Shown: piece after piece, positions 9,825 through 19,350 of the stretch | How positions within the stretch are numbered: position 1 is the first letter of the stretch | How the letters are laid out: every line of letters begins with the position of its first letter | Source of the DNA: an uncultured Bacteroidia bacterium | Lineage (GTDB): Bacteria > Bacteroidota > Bacteroidia > NS11-12g > UBA9320 | Assembly: GCA_943787465.1 (NCBI GenBank) | Contig: CALSMN010000002.1 | Span: forward strand, 1,727 to 65,726 | Reading direction: 5' to 3' | DNA length: 64,000 bases | The notes under the pieces: model-generated | Databases searched by the model: none | Told to the model about the DNA's origin: nothing | Seen by the model: the letters and a program-made list of their open reading frames with translations, nothing else | Position numbers and translations under genes: made by a program

Positions 9825-10745
9825 ATGAGTTTATTAGTAATAGGAAGTGTTGCTTTTGATGCAATTGAAACTCCTTTTGGAAAGACAGATAAAATAATAG
9901 GAGGCGCTGCTACATACATCACTTTAAGCAGTAGTTATTTGGCCGATCAAGTCCAATTAGTAGCAGTAGTAGGTGGAGATTTTCCGAAAGAAGATATTGC
10001 TCTTCTTCAATCCCACGGTATTGATACTCAAGGATTACAAATCAAGGAAAATGAAAAATCATTTTTTTGGAGCGGAAAATATCATAACGATATGAATAGT
10101 CGTGACACTTTGGTAACTGAATTAAATGTTTTAGAGCATTTTGATCCAATTATACCTGCATCGTATCAGAACTCATCGTATGTAATGCTCGGAAATTTGT
10201 CGCCAGATGTTCAGCGCACGGTGATAGAACGCATGGAAATAAAACCTAAATTAATTGCCATGGATACCATGAATTTTTGGATGGATATCGCCAAAGATGC
10301 TTTGGATAAAACCATTGCTATGGTTGATGTTCTTATTATCAATGATGAAGAGGCTAGACAATTAAGTGGGGAATATGCTCTTGTAAAAGCAGCCCAAAAA
10401 ATAATGGCTATGGGACCCCAATTTTTAATTATTAAAAAAGGGGAGCATGGAGCATTGTTGTTTGATGCAGATTCGGTTTATTTCTGTCCAGCTTTACCCC
10501 TTGAAGAAGTATTTGACCCAACCGGGGCGGGAGACACTTTTGCTGGAGGTTTTATTGGCTACTTAGCTTCTACGGATGATATTTCTTTCGATAATATGAA
10601 GAGAGCAGTTATTTATGGTAGCGCAATGGCCAGTTTTTGTGTTGAAAAATTTGGTACAGAGCGATTAGTAAATTTAAGTGACTCAGAAATTCATGCACGT
10701 GTACAACAATTTATAGATTTGAGTCAAGTGCAAATTAAATTATAA
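9825..10745 (+). CDS. PfkB-family carbohydrate/nucleoside kinase
   Basis: This is a 306-aa ORF. The N-terminal LVIGSVAFD...GGAATY and C-terminal DPTGAGDTFAGGF (PfkB signature 2) support the ribokinase superfamily. Confidence 0.8.
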   Translation: MSLLVIGSVAFDAIETPFGKTDKIIGGAATYITLSSSYLADQVQLVAVVGGDFPKEDIALLQSHGIDTQGLQIKENEKSFFWSGKYHNDMNSRDTLVTELNVLEHFDPIIPASYQNSSYVMLGNLSPDVQRTVIERMEIKPKLIAMDTMNFWMDIAKDALDKTIAMVDVLIINDEEARQLSGEYALVKAAQKIMAMGPQFLIIKKGEHGALLFDADSVYFCPALPLEEVFDPTGAGDTFAGGFIGYLASTDDISFDNMKRAVIYGSAMASFCVEKFGTERLVNLSDSEIHARVQQFIDLSQVQIKL

Positions 10746-10751
10746 CTGAGT

Positions 10752-12470
10752 ATGCCAAATACCCTATGGAAGCCACATAAAACTCCCAACGCTGAAGCTG
10801 TGGAGCTGCTCAAAAATGAGATCAACGCCCCAGATATTATTGCACAAATGTTAGTCCAAAGGGGGATAGATACCGTGCCTAAAGTACGAGCATTTTTTAA
10901 TCCCAGAATAGCGGATATGCATGATCCTTTTTTAATGAAAGACATGGATAAAGCCATTGAACGAATTCAAAAAGCTCAAAAAGAAGGGGAAGGAGTTCTT
11001 ATTTTTGGTGATTACGATGTAGATGGAACGACTTCTGTGGCATTGACCTATTCTTTTTTTAAGGATAAATTCAAAAAAATTGATTTCTATATTCCCGATC
11101 GGTACAAAGAAGGATATGGAATTAGTGAGGCTGGTATCAACTACGCCAAATCTGCCGGTTTATCCCTCATAATTGCATTGGACTGCGGAATTCGATCTAT
11201 TGATAAAATCAATTATGCCCAAACTCTAGGTATTGATTTTATTATTTGTGATCATCATTTGCCGGGTGATGAATTACCCAAAGCTGCAGCTGTACTTGAC
11301 CCAAAGCGGTCAGATTGTGAATATCCCTTTAAGGAATTGGCAGGGTGTGGAATTGGACTCAAGTTAGCTCAAGCTTATGCTCAAGTCCATGATTTGGACG
11401 ATCGAGAATATTTGCAATATCTTGATTTAGCGACCTTAAGTATTGCCAGTGATATTGTGCCAATTCAAGATGAAAATAGAATTATAGCCCATTTTGGTTT
11501 GAAAATAATCAATCAAAATCCAAGGTTAGGACTGAAGCGGCTTATTGAAATTGCCATAAATAAGGAAGAACTATCCATTGGGGATCTTGTCTTTTATATT
11601 GGTCCTCGAATAAATGCAGCAGGTCGAATGAGTGATGCTAAAAGTGCTGTACGTATGTTGCTAGCTGAAACTCAGGAAGTAGCGGATAGATATGTATTGG
11701 AATTACAATCTCAAAATGAAGATCGTAAAATTGTAGATCAAGAAATTACCGCCGATTTTAAAAAAATAATAGCAGAAACCCCATCTTTACTAGATCGTAA
11801 AACCCACGTTTTTTATCAAGAAAACTGGCATAAAGGGGTGGTGGGTATTGCTGCTAGTAGAGCGATTGAACAGTATTATAGGCCTACTATTATTTTAACT
11901 AAAAGCGCAGAGGGTATTCTTGCAGGTAGTGCTCGAAGTGTTCAAGGTTTTGATATACATGCAGCCCTTGAAAAATGTAAGGAATATCTACTTCAGTTTG
12001 GAGGACATAAATATGCTGCAGGTATGACATTGAAAGCAGAAAATTTACAAGCGTTTAGCGATGCTTTTGAACAAGTAGGACGAGAGGTGTTAACGGATGA
12101 TATATTGACGCCTAAGATTTATTATGATGCATTATTGGATGTGAACGAAGTCAACTATCGTTTTTATTCCATCATACAAAAAATGGCACCTTTTGGTCCT
12201 GGAAATATGACGCCCATTTTTTATGCAAAAGGCTTAAAAGATGATGGTACTGGTAAAATTATAGGCAAGACTGAGGAACACCTTAAATTAAACATTAAGC
12301 GGCCATCTGGATCTATTCCTTCATTAGCTTTTGGAATGGCAGATCAATTTCCAGCCATCAAAAAAGCAGACTCTTTCGAAGCCTGCTTTCAGATTAATGA
12401 AAATATTTTTCGGGGAAGCCGAACACTTCAACTGATGTTGAAAGACATTCGTTTTACCAACGATGTTTGA
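10752..12470 (+). CDS. recJ: Single-stranded-DNA-specific exonuclease RecJ
   Basis: This is a 572-aa ORF with DHH-family motifs GDYDVDGTTS, DCGI, ICDHH and the DHHA1-type GGHKYAAG. Confidence 0.92.
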   Translation: MPNTLWKPHKTPNAEAVELLKNEINAPDIIAQMLVQRGIDTVPKVRAFFNPRIADMHDPFLMKDMDKAIERIQKAQKEGEGVLIFGDYDVDGTTSVALTYSFFKDKFKKIDFYIPDRYKEGYGISEAGINYAKSAGLSLIIALDCGIRSIDKINYAQTLGIDFIICDHHLPGDELPKAAAVLDPKRSDCEYPFKELAGCGIGLKLAQAYAQVHDLDDREYLQYLDLATLSIASDIVPIQDENRIIAHFGLKIINQNPRLGLKRLIEIAINKEELSIGDLVFYIGPRINAAGRMSDAKSAVRMLLAETQEVADRYVLELQSQNEDRKIVDQEITADFKKIIAETPSLLDRKTHVFYQENWHKGVVGIAASRAIEQYYRPTIILTKSAEGILAGSARSVQGFDIHAALEKCKEYLLQFGGHKYAAGMTLKAENLQAFSDAFEQVGREVLTDDILTPKIYYDALLDVNEVNYRFYSIIQKMAPFGPGNMTPIFYAKGLKDDGTGKIIGKTEEHLKLNIKRPSGSIPSLAFGMADQFPAIKKADSFEACFQINENIFRGSRTLQLMLKDIRFTNDV

Positions 12471-13167
12471 TATGTTTTCGTTTAGTAAGACTAAAATCTA
12501 AAGCCAAATAACCTACGATGGATAAGTTTGTAGCAGATCCTAAACGTGAATCTCTGTATATATCTAATAATCCAAGGTTTGTTCGAGTGCCTACAATAAG
12601 TCTACTTTTCCCATCGCGAATGCTGAAGTTAATACCTAATCCAGTAGTTATACCCATGTCAATGGTATTGCCGACTAAATCTGATTCTGGGATATCATTG
12701 TCTTGATCACTCCAGTTTTTTACTATCGTGGAGTCAACATAGATATTTACGGCTGTACCATAAGACAAATATGGACCTCCTTCAATGAACCAATAGCTAG
12801 TAGGCTGTCCTACTCTGTATGGGACAAGCTCTTTTTTCTTGAAAGGAATCATGTATTGGATAGTTAAGGGAACTTGAATGTAGGTTCCCCCGCCAAGATT
12901 ATATATTTTATTATCATCGACATCTACATAGCCTGTATTATAGTCTAAAGCACGGATATCAAATAGTACATCACCTTCAGCAATTAATCGTTTTGTAATT
13001 TGGTGCTTGTATCCTAGTCCAGAAAACACAGCTAATCCAGGTTGAACTCCATTGCTACCTCCAACAGTTGCAAGTCCACCTCCACCTTTGTAGGTGAGCC
13101 ACATTTGAGCGTTAGTATTCATGGAAAATCCAATGATTACAAAAAGAGATAAAAGAATTTTTTTCAT
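12454..13167 (-). CDS. Outer-membrane beta-barrel protein (porin-family)
   Basis: The signal peptide is MKKILLSLFVIIGFSMNTNAQ. The sequence shows an alternating hydrophobic/aromatic pattern and a C-terminal aromatic residue. It overlaps the recJ 3' end convergently by 17 nt. Confidence 0.6.
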   Translation of the reverse strand: MKKILLSLFVIIGFSMNTNAQMWLTYKGGGGLATVGGSNGVQPGLAVFSGLGYKHQITKRLIAEGDVLFDIRALDYNTGYVDVDDNKIYNLGGGTYIQVPLTIQYMIPFKKKELVPYRVGQPTSYWFIEGGPYLSYGTAVNIYVDSTIVKNWSDQDNDIPESDLVGNTIDMGITTGLGINFSIRDGKSRLIVGTRTNLGLLDIYRDSRLGSATNLSIVGYLALDFSLTKRKHIKHRW

Positions 13168-13188
13168 CGGTTATTAAATTTAGTTTGA

Positions 13189-13196
13189 CAAATATA
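13189..13196 (-). promoter_or_regulatory. -7 promoter box TATATTTG (minus strand) for the beta-barrel gene
   Basis: Plus-strand caaatata is the reverse complement of TAnnTTTG. It lies 21 nt upstream of ATG 13167. Confidence 0.4.
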
Positions 13197-13230
13197 CTTT
13201 AAAACCAATAGTTGTTATTCATTAGTATGC

Positions 13231-13238
13231 TACTTTTG
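13231..13238 (+). promoter_or_regulatory. -7 promoter box TACTTTTG for lptB
   Basis: It matches TAnnTTTG perfectly, 8 nt upstream of ATG 13247. Confidence 0.45.
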
Positions 13239-13246
13239 AACTTTGT

Positions 13247-13972
13247 ATGCGACTCAGAGCAGAAAATTTAGTCAAACAATATAAAAAGAGACGAGTCGTA
13301 AATGACATGTCTCTTGAAGTAGAACAAGGAGAAATAGTAGGCTTATTGGGTCCTAACGGTGCAGGTAAAACAACTACATTTTATATGACGGTTGGTTTGG
13401 TGACTCCGGATGAGGGTGAAGTCTATTTGGATGATGAAAAAATTACAGGTTTAGCCATGTATCAACGAGCTCAGAAAGGGGTAGGTTACTTGCCACAGGA
13501 AGCTTCTGTATTCAGAGATTTGTCTGTTGAAGACAATATTTTAGCCGTTCTAGAGCTAACAAATAAATCAAAGGAAGAACAAATTGAAAAAACAGAATCG
13601 CTGATTGCTGAATTTGGTTTAGAAAAAGTACGTAAAAATCTCGGAAAGGTATTGAGTGGGGGAGAACGAAGACGCTGTGAAATTGCTAGAGCCCTAGCTG
13701 TCGATCCTAAGTTTATTCTATTGGACGAGCCTTTTGCAGGAGTGGATCCAATTGCCGTGGAGGATATTCAACAAATTGTTCAAAAATTGGTTAAACGAAA
13801 TATTGGGGTATTAATCACTGACCATAATGTACATGAAACGCTCAGTATTGTAAATCGTGCATATTTGCTATTTGAAGGAAAATTACTCAAGAAAGGTACT
13901 GCAGAGGAATTGGCTGCTGACGAAATGGTTCGTCATGTATATTTGGGTAAAAATTTTGAACTACGTTCTTAA
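13247..13972 (+). CDS. lptB: LPS export ABC transporter ATP-binding protein LptB
   Basis: This is a 241-aa ORF with Walker [13 protein letters not shown] signature LSGGERRR and Walker B ILLDEP. Its size and single-domain layout are typical of LptB. Confidence 0.88.
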   Translation: MRLRAENLVKQYKKRRVVNDMSLEVEQGEIVGLLGPNGAGKTTTFYMTVGLVTPDEGEVYLDDEKITGLAMYQRAQKGVGYLPQEASVFRDLSVEDNILAVLELTNKSKEEQIEKTESLIAEFGLEKVRKNLGKVLSGGERRRCEIARALAVDPKFILLDEPFAGVDPIAVEDIQQIVQKLVKRNIGVLITDHNVHETLSIVNRAYLLFEGKLLKKGTAEELAADEMVRHVYLGKNFELRS

Positions 13973-13975
13973 TTT

Positions 13976-16900
13976 TTATTGAGTAAAATAGTGTTCGACT
14001 TTTTCTTTATAATAAGGTTGTAATTCTGGAGAAACTCTTTTCAACATTTCTATTTCTCTTTCTTTTTGCTCTAAGTATTTTTTAATATTATCAGGCATTG
14101 AACGTTCAATATCTTGGCCTTCATTTGAAGTTCTACTCTGATCCTGTTCTTGCTCTTTTTCAGCTTTTTCGTGTTCACTTAATTTAAATTCAATTTGCTT
14201 GAGTTTTTGAAAGGTTTGGCTGTTCAAACGTTTATTATATAAATCTTCTTCAACCTGATCCATTAAATCTTGTGTTTTTTTCAAATCACCCAAGCTGCTT
14301 CCTTTCCCTTCTTTTTGAAGTTTACGATGAAGATCCTGTACCTTTTTTCGAATGGCTGCTTGTTTAGCTGCCATTTCAGCAAATTCTTTGCTTGTTGGTT
14401 TGCCTTTCCCTTGCTTTTGACCTTCTTCCAATGCTTTCATTTGTCTGGCTAATTCATCTTGTAATTTTTTTATAGCATTGGCATTGGATTGCTGAGGCTT
14501 ATCTCCTTTTTCTCCACTTCCTGGCTTTTTACACTCCCCTTTTGGCTTTCCTTTCTTTTGTTTTTGAGCCTTCATTTGAGCCTGCATTTGTTTGAGAGAT
14601 TCGCTGAGCATCAGTGCTAGATTATTGTATCCAGACATTGCATATTGTTGGGTAACTAACGCATTATTCGTGCTACGTTCTCCCAGATATTTAAGGGATT
14701 GATCTAAATTGTCATTAACGCGAGCAATCTCCTCATTTACAAATGATTGGATTTGTTCATTGCGTTTACTCAGTGCAAATAAGGAATCTTCAACCATTTT
14801 AGTATCTGATTTGATACGTTGTTGTTTTTGACGAAGTACAACATATTCTGGGCTGTATCGCTGGTTTTTTTTGAAATCTTCCATAAGTGATTCCTGGTCA
14901 AACGATAATTGAATTAAATTTTCTAAAATCTGTCGAAGAGTTTGATAATTTTCTCCTTGTTTATCTTCAGTATCTTTATCCATTTCTTGCTGCATTTTTT
15001 CAGCCAATTCTTGCAGTTGTTGAGCAGCATCGTCCATCTCTTGGGATGCATCTTTTGATTTGCCTTTTTGTTCCTTAGATAAGGCATCTTGCATTTTTTG
15101 ATCGATAGATTCTTCTTCTTTCCGGTGGTCATCTATGTCCATCGGATTTTCTAGTGCCTGATTTTTTTCTCTAATATCTTCCAGGTCTTTTTTTACATCT
15201 TTATAGGATTGATTTAATTTTTGTTGATCTTGAGCAGTGTTGGGCTCTTTTTTGTCTTTTGTTTTTTGGGCAAGTTCTTTTTGTTTTTTAGCTAGATCAT
15301 TAATTTTATTTATCGTTTCATTCCGTTTTTTTTCAAGTTCAAGTTCTTTATATAATTCTAACAAACGATCCATTTCTTTATTCATTTGATTTTCATCAAA
15401 TTTTAAATCTTGCAATGCATTTTGAAGTTCATCTTTTTTATTTTCTTCCATCAATTGTTTGATCTTATCTAAAAGTGCTTTTGTTTTTTCATCCAAAACT
15501 TCTTCCATGATTTTTTCCAGTTTTTTTTGTTTTTCTAATAGCTCTTCTTCTATGGGATTAAACTCGTTTTCTTTTACGTTTTTTTCTTTATTTTTTTCGA
15601 TAGTTTTTTTGATTTGATCAAGAATAGCTTGTTTTTTATCTAACATCTCTTTGATCTTTTGCTGATCGTTCCAATCTAAGTTCTTTTTTTCGGTTAGCAT
15701 TTTTTCAATGCTATTCATTTCTTTTTCAAGTTCTTTAGAATCGGATTGAGCTTGATTTAATGTAGCTTTTATTTCTGAACTTAGTTGTTCAGTTTGTTGA
15801 GCTATTTCTTCCATGGAGGGTATTCGGAACGTGGTCTTGGGTGTTTGTGCAGATTTATTTCCATTGACACCATCATTATCCCATACGGTAAAATAGTAGG
15901 TGAGTTCATCATTGGGTCCAACCTGCAATGTATCTATATTCCAATAGAAATAAAATCCTTGTGAAGTTGGAGTAGATGGAATGGGAATAGATTTTCTTAA
16001 TGAAATTAGTGAATCCTTTTCTCCATATTTCCGGAGCTTATAGTTGAAGTAAAGTCTTGTAAATCCGTGATCATCCCCAATTTCGCCTATGAAATAAATG
16101 ATTTTTTGACTCATACTATCCTTTTGTTGTTTTACATGAATGGTGGGGTAGATGTCTGGAATGACTTGAATCAAATAGCTCATAGAATCGCCCAAACTTA
16201 AATCTTTATTTTCTGTACGTATTTTAAGTTGGCTTGATTCCATACATTGAATTTTAAAATCAGTTTTATTTTTTTTTGGAATATATATCTTGCCAAGCGG
16301 ATCTATATGCAGCTTGCTTACATTTTGAGTTTTAATTTCCCAGGAAATGGTGGTTCCTTGTGGAACTTTAAGTTCACTCATATTTTCCACTGTTTTGGTA
16401 GGAATATCAAGGTATGGAGGATAAATCAACGTAGCGAATGAATTCATCATACGCGGTTTTAGTAACATAGTAAGTGGGTACGTTTTACTTCTGTACCCTC
16501 CTGCTTCAAAGTAGATTGATTCTGATTTTTGAATATTTTTAAGCTGATAGATATATGACCCTAATGCATTAGTTCTCATTTTATAGGTGTAATTTCCAAT
16601 GTGAATGTATACTTCAGATGGAATTTCATTTCCTGTAATCGATAAAGGAATGGGTATGTCTTGCCCTTGTATGTATTTGAGGTCGCCTATGCTACTATTA
16701 AACTCAAAGGGTGCTTGTTCCATAAAATGGGTTTGGTAATGGACAAGTCGTTCTGTGCTTTCTTTAAAACCCGGAATAACAATCAGGATACTAAGTAGTA
16801 CAAATGCGGGTAGTAAAGCATATTTTAGATAAACTTTATTTTTATGAAAGGGTATTGCTCTTACAAATGGAATTGGACTCAGTTGCTCAATTCGTTGATT

Positions 16901-17287
16901 GATACTTGCCAGAAGCAATAGGCTGTCATTATTCTGAATGGAAGATTGTAATTGAAGGGTATTAATGAGTTTGTCTTGAACTTGAGGGAAATGACGACCT
17001 ATCAGATCTGCGGCTTCGTTGTAACCAAACTTACGGCGAATTTGAAAAAGGCCTAATAATGGAGGCAAAATATATATAGTAAATATGATGGCCGCAAATA
17101 CAATTAAACTATAGAAGAGTAGGGTTCGAATAACGGGTTCAAATCGCCCCATATATTCCGCAAAACTTAAGCTGAAAAATGCAATAATGAGTATAGATAA
17201 ACCTAATATTACCCCTTTTAATAGTTGATTTTGATAGTACTTTTTGATAAAGTACTCCAAACGATCAATAAGGGTAGGATGACTCAT
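13976..17287 (-). CDS. Large membrane-anchored protein with long K/E/Q-rich coiled-coil C-terminal half (resembles Bacteroidota DUF4175 proteins)
   Basis: This is an 1103-aa ORF. The N-terminus IDRLEYFIKKYYQNQLLKGVILG is followed by several hydrophobic helices, then a beta-rich middle, then ~600 aa of charged heptad-like sequence. The family assignment is from memory only. Confidence 0.6.
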   Translation of the reverse strand: MSHPTLIDRLEYFIKKYYQNQLLKGVILGLSILIIAFFSLSFAEYMGRFEPVIRTLLFYSLIVFAAIIFTIYILPPLLGLFQIRRKFGYNEAADLIGRHFPQVQDKLINTLQLQSSIQNNDSLLLLASINQRIEQLSPIPFVRAIPFHKNKVYLKYALLPAFVLLSILIVIPGFKESTERLVHYQTHFMEQAPFEFNSSIGDLKYIQGQDIPIPLSITGNEIPSEVYIHIGNYTYKMRTNALGSYIYQLKNIQKSESIYFEAGGYRSKTYPLTMLLKPRMMNSFATLIYPPYLDIPTKTVENMSELKVPQGTTISWEIKTQNVSKLHIDPLGKIYIPKKNKTDFKIQCMESSQLKIRTENKDLSLGDSMSYLIQVIPDIYPTIHVKQQKDSMSQKIIYFIGEIGDDHGFTRLYFNYKLRKYGEKDSLISLRKSIPIPSTPTSQGFYFYWNIDTLQVGPNDELTYYFTVWDNDGVNGNKSAQTPKTTFRIPSMEEIAQQTEQLSSEIKATLNQAQSDSKELEKEMNSIEKMLTEKKNLDWNDQQKIKEMLDKKQAILDQIKKTIEKNKEKNVKENEFNPIEEELLEKQKKLEKIMEEVLDEKTKALLDKIKQLMEENKKDELQNALQDLKFDENQMNKEMDRLLELYKELELEKKRNETINKINDLAKKQKELAQKTKDKKEPNTAQDQQKLNQSYKDVKKDLEDIREKNQALENPMDIDDHRKEEESIDQKMQDALSKEQKGKSKDASQEMDDAAQQLQELAEKMQQEMDKDTEDKQGENYQTLRQILENLIQLSFDQESLMEDFKKNQRYSPEYVVLRQKQQRIKSDTKMVEDSLFALSKRNEQIQSFVNEEIARVNDNLDQSLKYLGERSTNNALVTQQYAMSGYNNLALMLSESLKQMQAQMKAQKQKKGKPKGECKKPGSGEKGDKPQQSNANAIKKLQDELARQMKALEEGQKQGKGKPTSKEFAEMAAKQAAIRKKVQDLHRKLQKEGKGSSLGDLKKTQDLMDQVEEDLYNKRLNSQTFQKLKQIEFKLSEHEKAEKEQEQDQSRTSNEGQDIERSMPDNIKKYLEQKEREIEMLKRVSPELQPYYKEKVEHYFTQ

Positions 17288-17436
17288 AGGTTTTTAGTCT
17301 TTTAACTTAACGCGAAAATAGTTGATTTGTTATCGATTTACTCAGCCCAGTTTAAGTAAACTTCTACTTTTCATAATACATTATAACATTTAAATGGTTC
17401 TGATAAAATTCAATTCAAAACCCGGTCTCTTTGAGT

Positions 17437-17444
17437 TACCTTTG
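17437..17444 (+). promoter_or_regulatory. -7 promoter box TACCTTTG
   Basis: It matches TAnnTTTG perfectly, 8 nt upstream of ATG 17453. It overlaps the GTG used by the ORF track, which argues for the downstream ATG. Confidence 0.4.
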
Positions 17445-17452
17445 TGATCGTT

Positions 17453-17935
17453 ATGATGCGAATGTTATTATTAATCGGGCTATTGCCTTTCCTCGTGGGG
17501 ACAACACTGCATAGAGAAGATGTGCCTGAAAAAATAAAGTGGGTAGATTTTAATACGGGGATGTCTCTTGCCCAATCTACAGGGAAAATAGCCATGATTG
17601 ATTGTTATACGGAATGGTGTGGATGGTGCAAGGTTATGGATAAAAAAACCTTTTCAGACCCCAAAATTGCTCAAAAAATAAATGAAAATTTTATAGCCAT
17701 AAAATTTAATCCAGAGCTTCCAGGGAAATATTTTGCAGGCACACAAGATTCATTAACGGGTCGTCAATTGCTAATGGCTTTATCCAATAATAAGCCAAGT
17801 GGATATCCTACTTTTTTCTTTTTTGTACCTCAAGATCGAAAGATATTTCAATTACCCGGATATCAGGATGTCACCCAATTTGGAGAAATACTTGAAAACA
17901 TGGAAAAGTATCAGATCGAGAGGTTGCCTAAATAA
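17453..17935 (+). CDS. Thioredoxin-fold protein (secreted, CxxC)
   Basis: The signal-like N-terminus is MMRMLLLIGLLPFLVG. The active-site-like motif WCGWCK lies in a thioredoxin-like context (IDCYTEWCGWCKVMD). Confidence 0.75.
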   Translation: MMRMLLLIGLLPFLVGTTLHREDVPEKIKWVDFNTGMSLAQSTGKIAMIDCYTEWCGWCKVMDKKTFSDPKIAQKINENFIAIKFNPELPGKYFAGTQDSLTGRQLLMALSNNKPSGYPTFFFFVPQDRKIFQLPGYQDVTQFGEILENMEKYQIERLPK

Positions 17936-17949
17936 ACAAATTTTAACCA

Positions 17950-19350
17950 GTGGGAAGAAGAAAAGAAAAGCAAAAGCATTACAATAATATAGAACTTGTA
18001 GCAGCAGGAGGAGAGGGGCATGCTCTAGCTAAAATTGAGGGTAAGGTTATTTTTGTAAAATATGGTGCACCGGGCGATGTGGTGGATTTGGAAATTGTGG
18101 GTAGAAAAAAGAAATTTAGTTTAGCTAAAATCACTCAGCTTCACCATGCTTCGCCAATTCGCATCGAACCGTTCTGTAATCATTATGGAACTTGCGGTGG
18201 TTGCAAATGGCAACACATTGATTATAAATCACAGTTGTCCCTTAAAAATCAATGGGCCCATGATTGTTTACAACGCATAGGTAAGTTGGATGTCACTGAA
18301 GTTTTACCCATCGTTGGCGCTGAACAAACCCAGTTTTACCGTAACAAAATGGAGTATACATTCTCCAATAAACGTTGGCTGTACGACCATGAATCTTTAG
18401 CTGACTTGGACCATACCAATGCTCTAGGTTTTCATGCCCCAGGTCGTTTTGACAAAGTATTATCTATTCAACATTGTGGATTACAAGATGATTTAGGCAA
18501 TACCATTCGAAATTTTGTTTATGAATTTTGTATAGAGCATGCATTTACATTCTATGATTTGAAAGAACATACTGGATTGATGCGTAACTTAATGCTCAGA
18601 AATACTCGAAAAGGTGATTGGATGATTAATGTAATCTTTGCTAAAGACGAACCAGAAAATCGAATTTTATTGTTGGATGCAATTCAAAAAAAGTTTTCAC
18701 CAGCTGCACTGAATTACTGTATCAATGAGAAGTTGAACGATAGTACCTTCGACCAAACATTTATTTCTTATCACGGAGTTTTCGAAATTCAAGAAGAACT
18801 AAATGGTTTGAAATTTAACATATCTCCCAAATCTTTTTTTCAAACCAATCCAGTACAAGCAGAAAAGTTGTATCAAGTGGCTCTTGATTTTGCTGAAATC
18901 ACAAAAAATGATGTAGTTTACGATTTATACTGTGGCACAGGAACAATCACGTGTTTGGCTGCTAAAAAAGCTAAAAAAGCAATTGGAGTTGAGATTGTAG
19001 ACGAGGCTATCGAAGCAGCTAATGTAAATGCAAACCTCAATCAACTAACCAATACTACTTTTCTAGTGGGCGACATGAAAGATGTTTTTAATACCACATT
19101 TTACGATCAACATGGTCAGCCAGATGTAATCATCACCGATCCGCCTCGGAGTGGAATGCATCCAAGCGTTGTTGCGTATCTAGCTGAAATAAAATGCCCT
19201 AAAATAGTATATGTCAGTTGCAATCCGGCAACGCAAGCTAGAGATTTAGCGATGTTGACTGAAGTTTATCAAGTAAATAAAAGTCAAGCAGTAGATATGT
19301 TCCCTCAAACTCACCATGTAGAAAATGTGGTACTACTCTCCCTGCGGTAG
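17950..19350 (+). CDS. rlmD: 23S rRNA (uracil-C5)-methyltransferase RlmD/RumA family
   Basis: This is a 466-aa ORF with a GTG start. It has a TRAM-like N-terminus, the Fe-S cysteine cluster CNHYGTCGGCKWQH, the SAM motif DLYCGTGT and the C-terminal catalytic region DPPRSG...YVSCNP. Confidence 0.88.
   Translation: MGRRKEKQKHYNNIELVAAGGEGHALAKIEGKVIFVKYGAPGDVVDLEIVGRKKKFSLAKITQLHHASPIRIEPFCNHYGTCGGCKWQHIDYKSQLSLKNQWAHDCLQRIGKLDVTEVLPIVGAEQTQFYRNKMEYTFSNKRWLYDHESLADLDHTNALGFHAPGRFDKVLSIQHCGLQDDLGNTIRNFVYEFCIEHAFTFYDLKEHTGLMRNLMLRNTRKGDWMINVIFAKDEPENRILLLDAIQKKFSPAALNYCINEKLNDSTFDQTFISYHGVFEIQEELNGLKFNISPKSFFQTNPVQAEKLYQVALDFAEITKNDVVYDLYCGTGTITCLAAKKAKKAIGVEIVDEAIEAANVNANLNQLTNTTFLVGDMKDVFNTTFYDQHGQPDVIITDPPRSGMHPSVVAYLAEIKCPKIVYVSCNPATQARDLAMLTEVYQVNKSQAVDMFPQTHHVENVVLLSLR

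Noticed and set aside
9716-9922. Long N-terminal extensions offered by the ORF track (8954-9922, 21322-22116, 23716-25722, 62167-62673, 29466-31823, 39774-40712, 48229-49350).
   Set aside because: The extensions overlap divergent neighbours or their -7 boxes. Internal Mets give canonical family N-termini or signal peptides.
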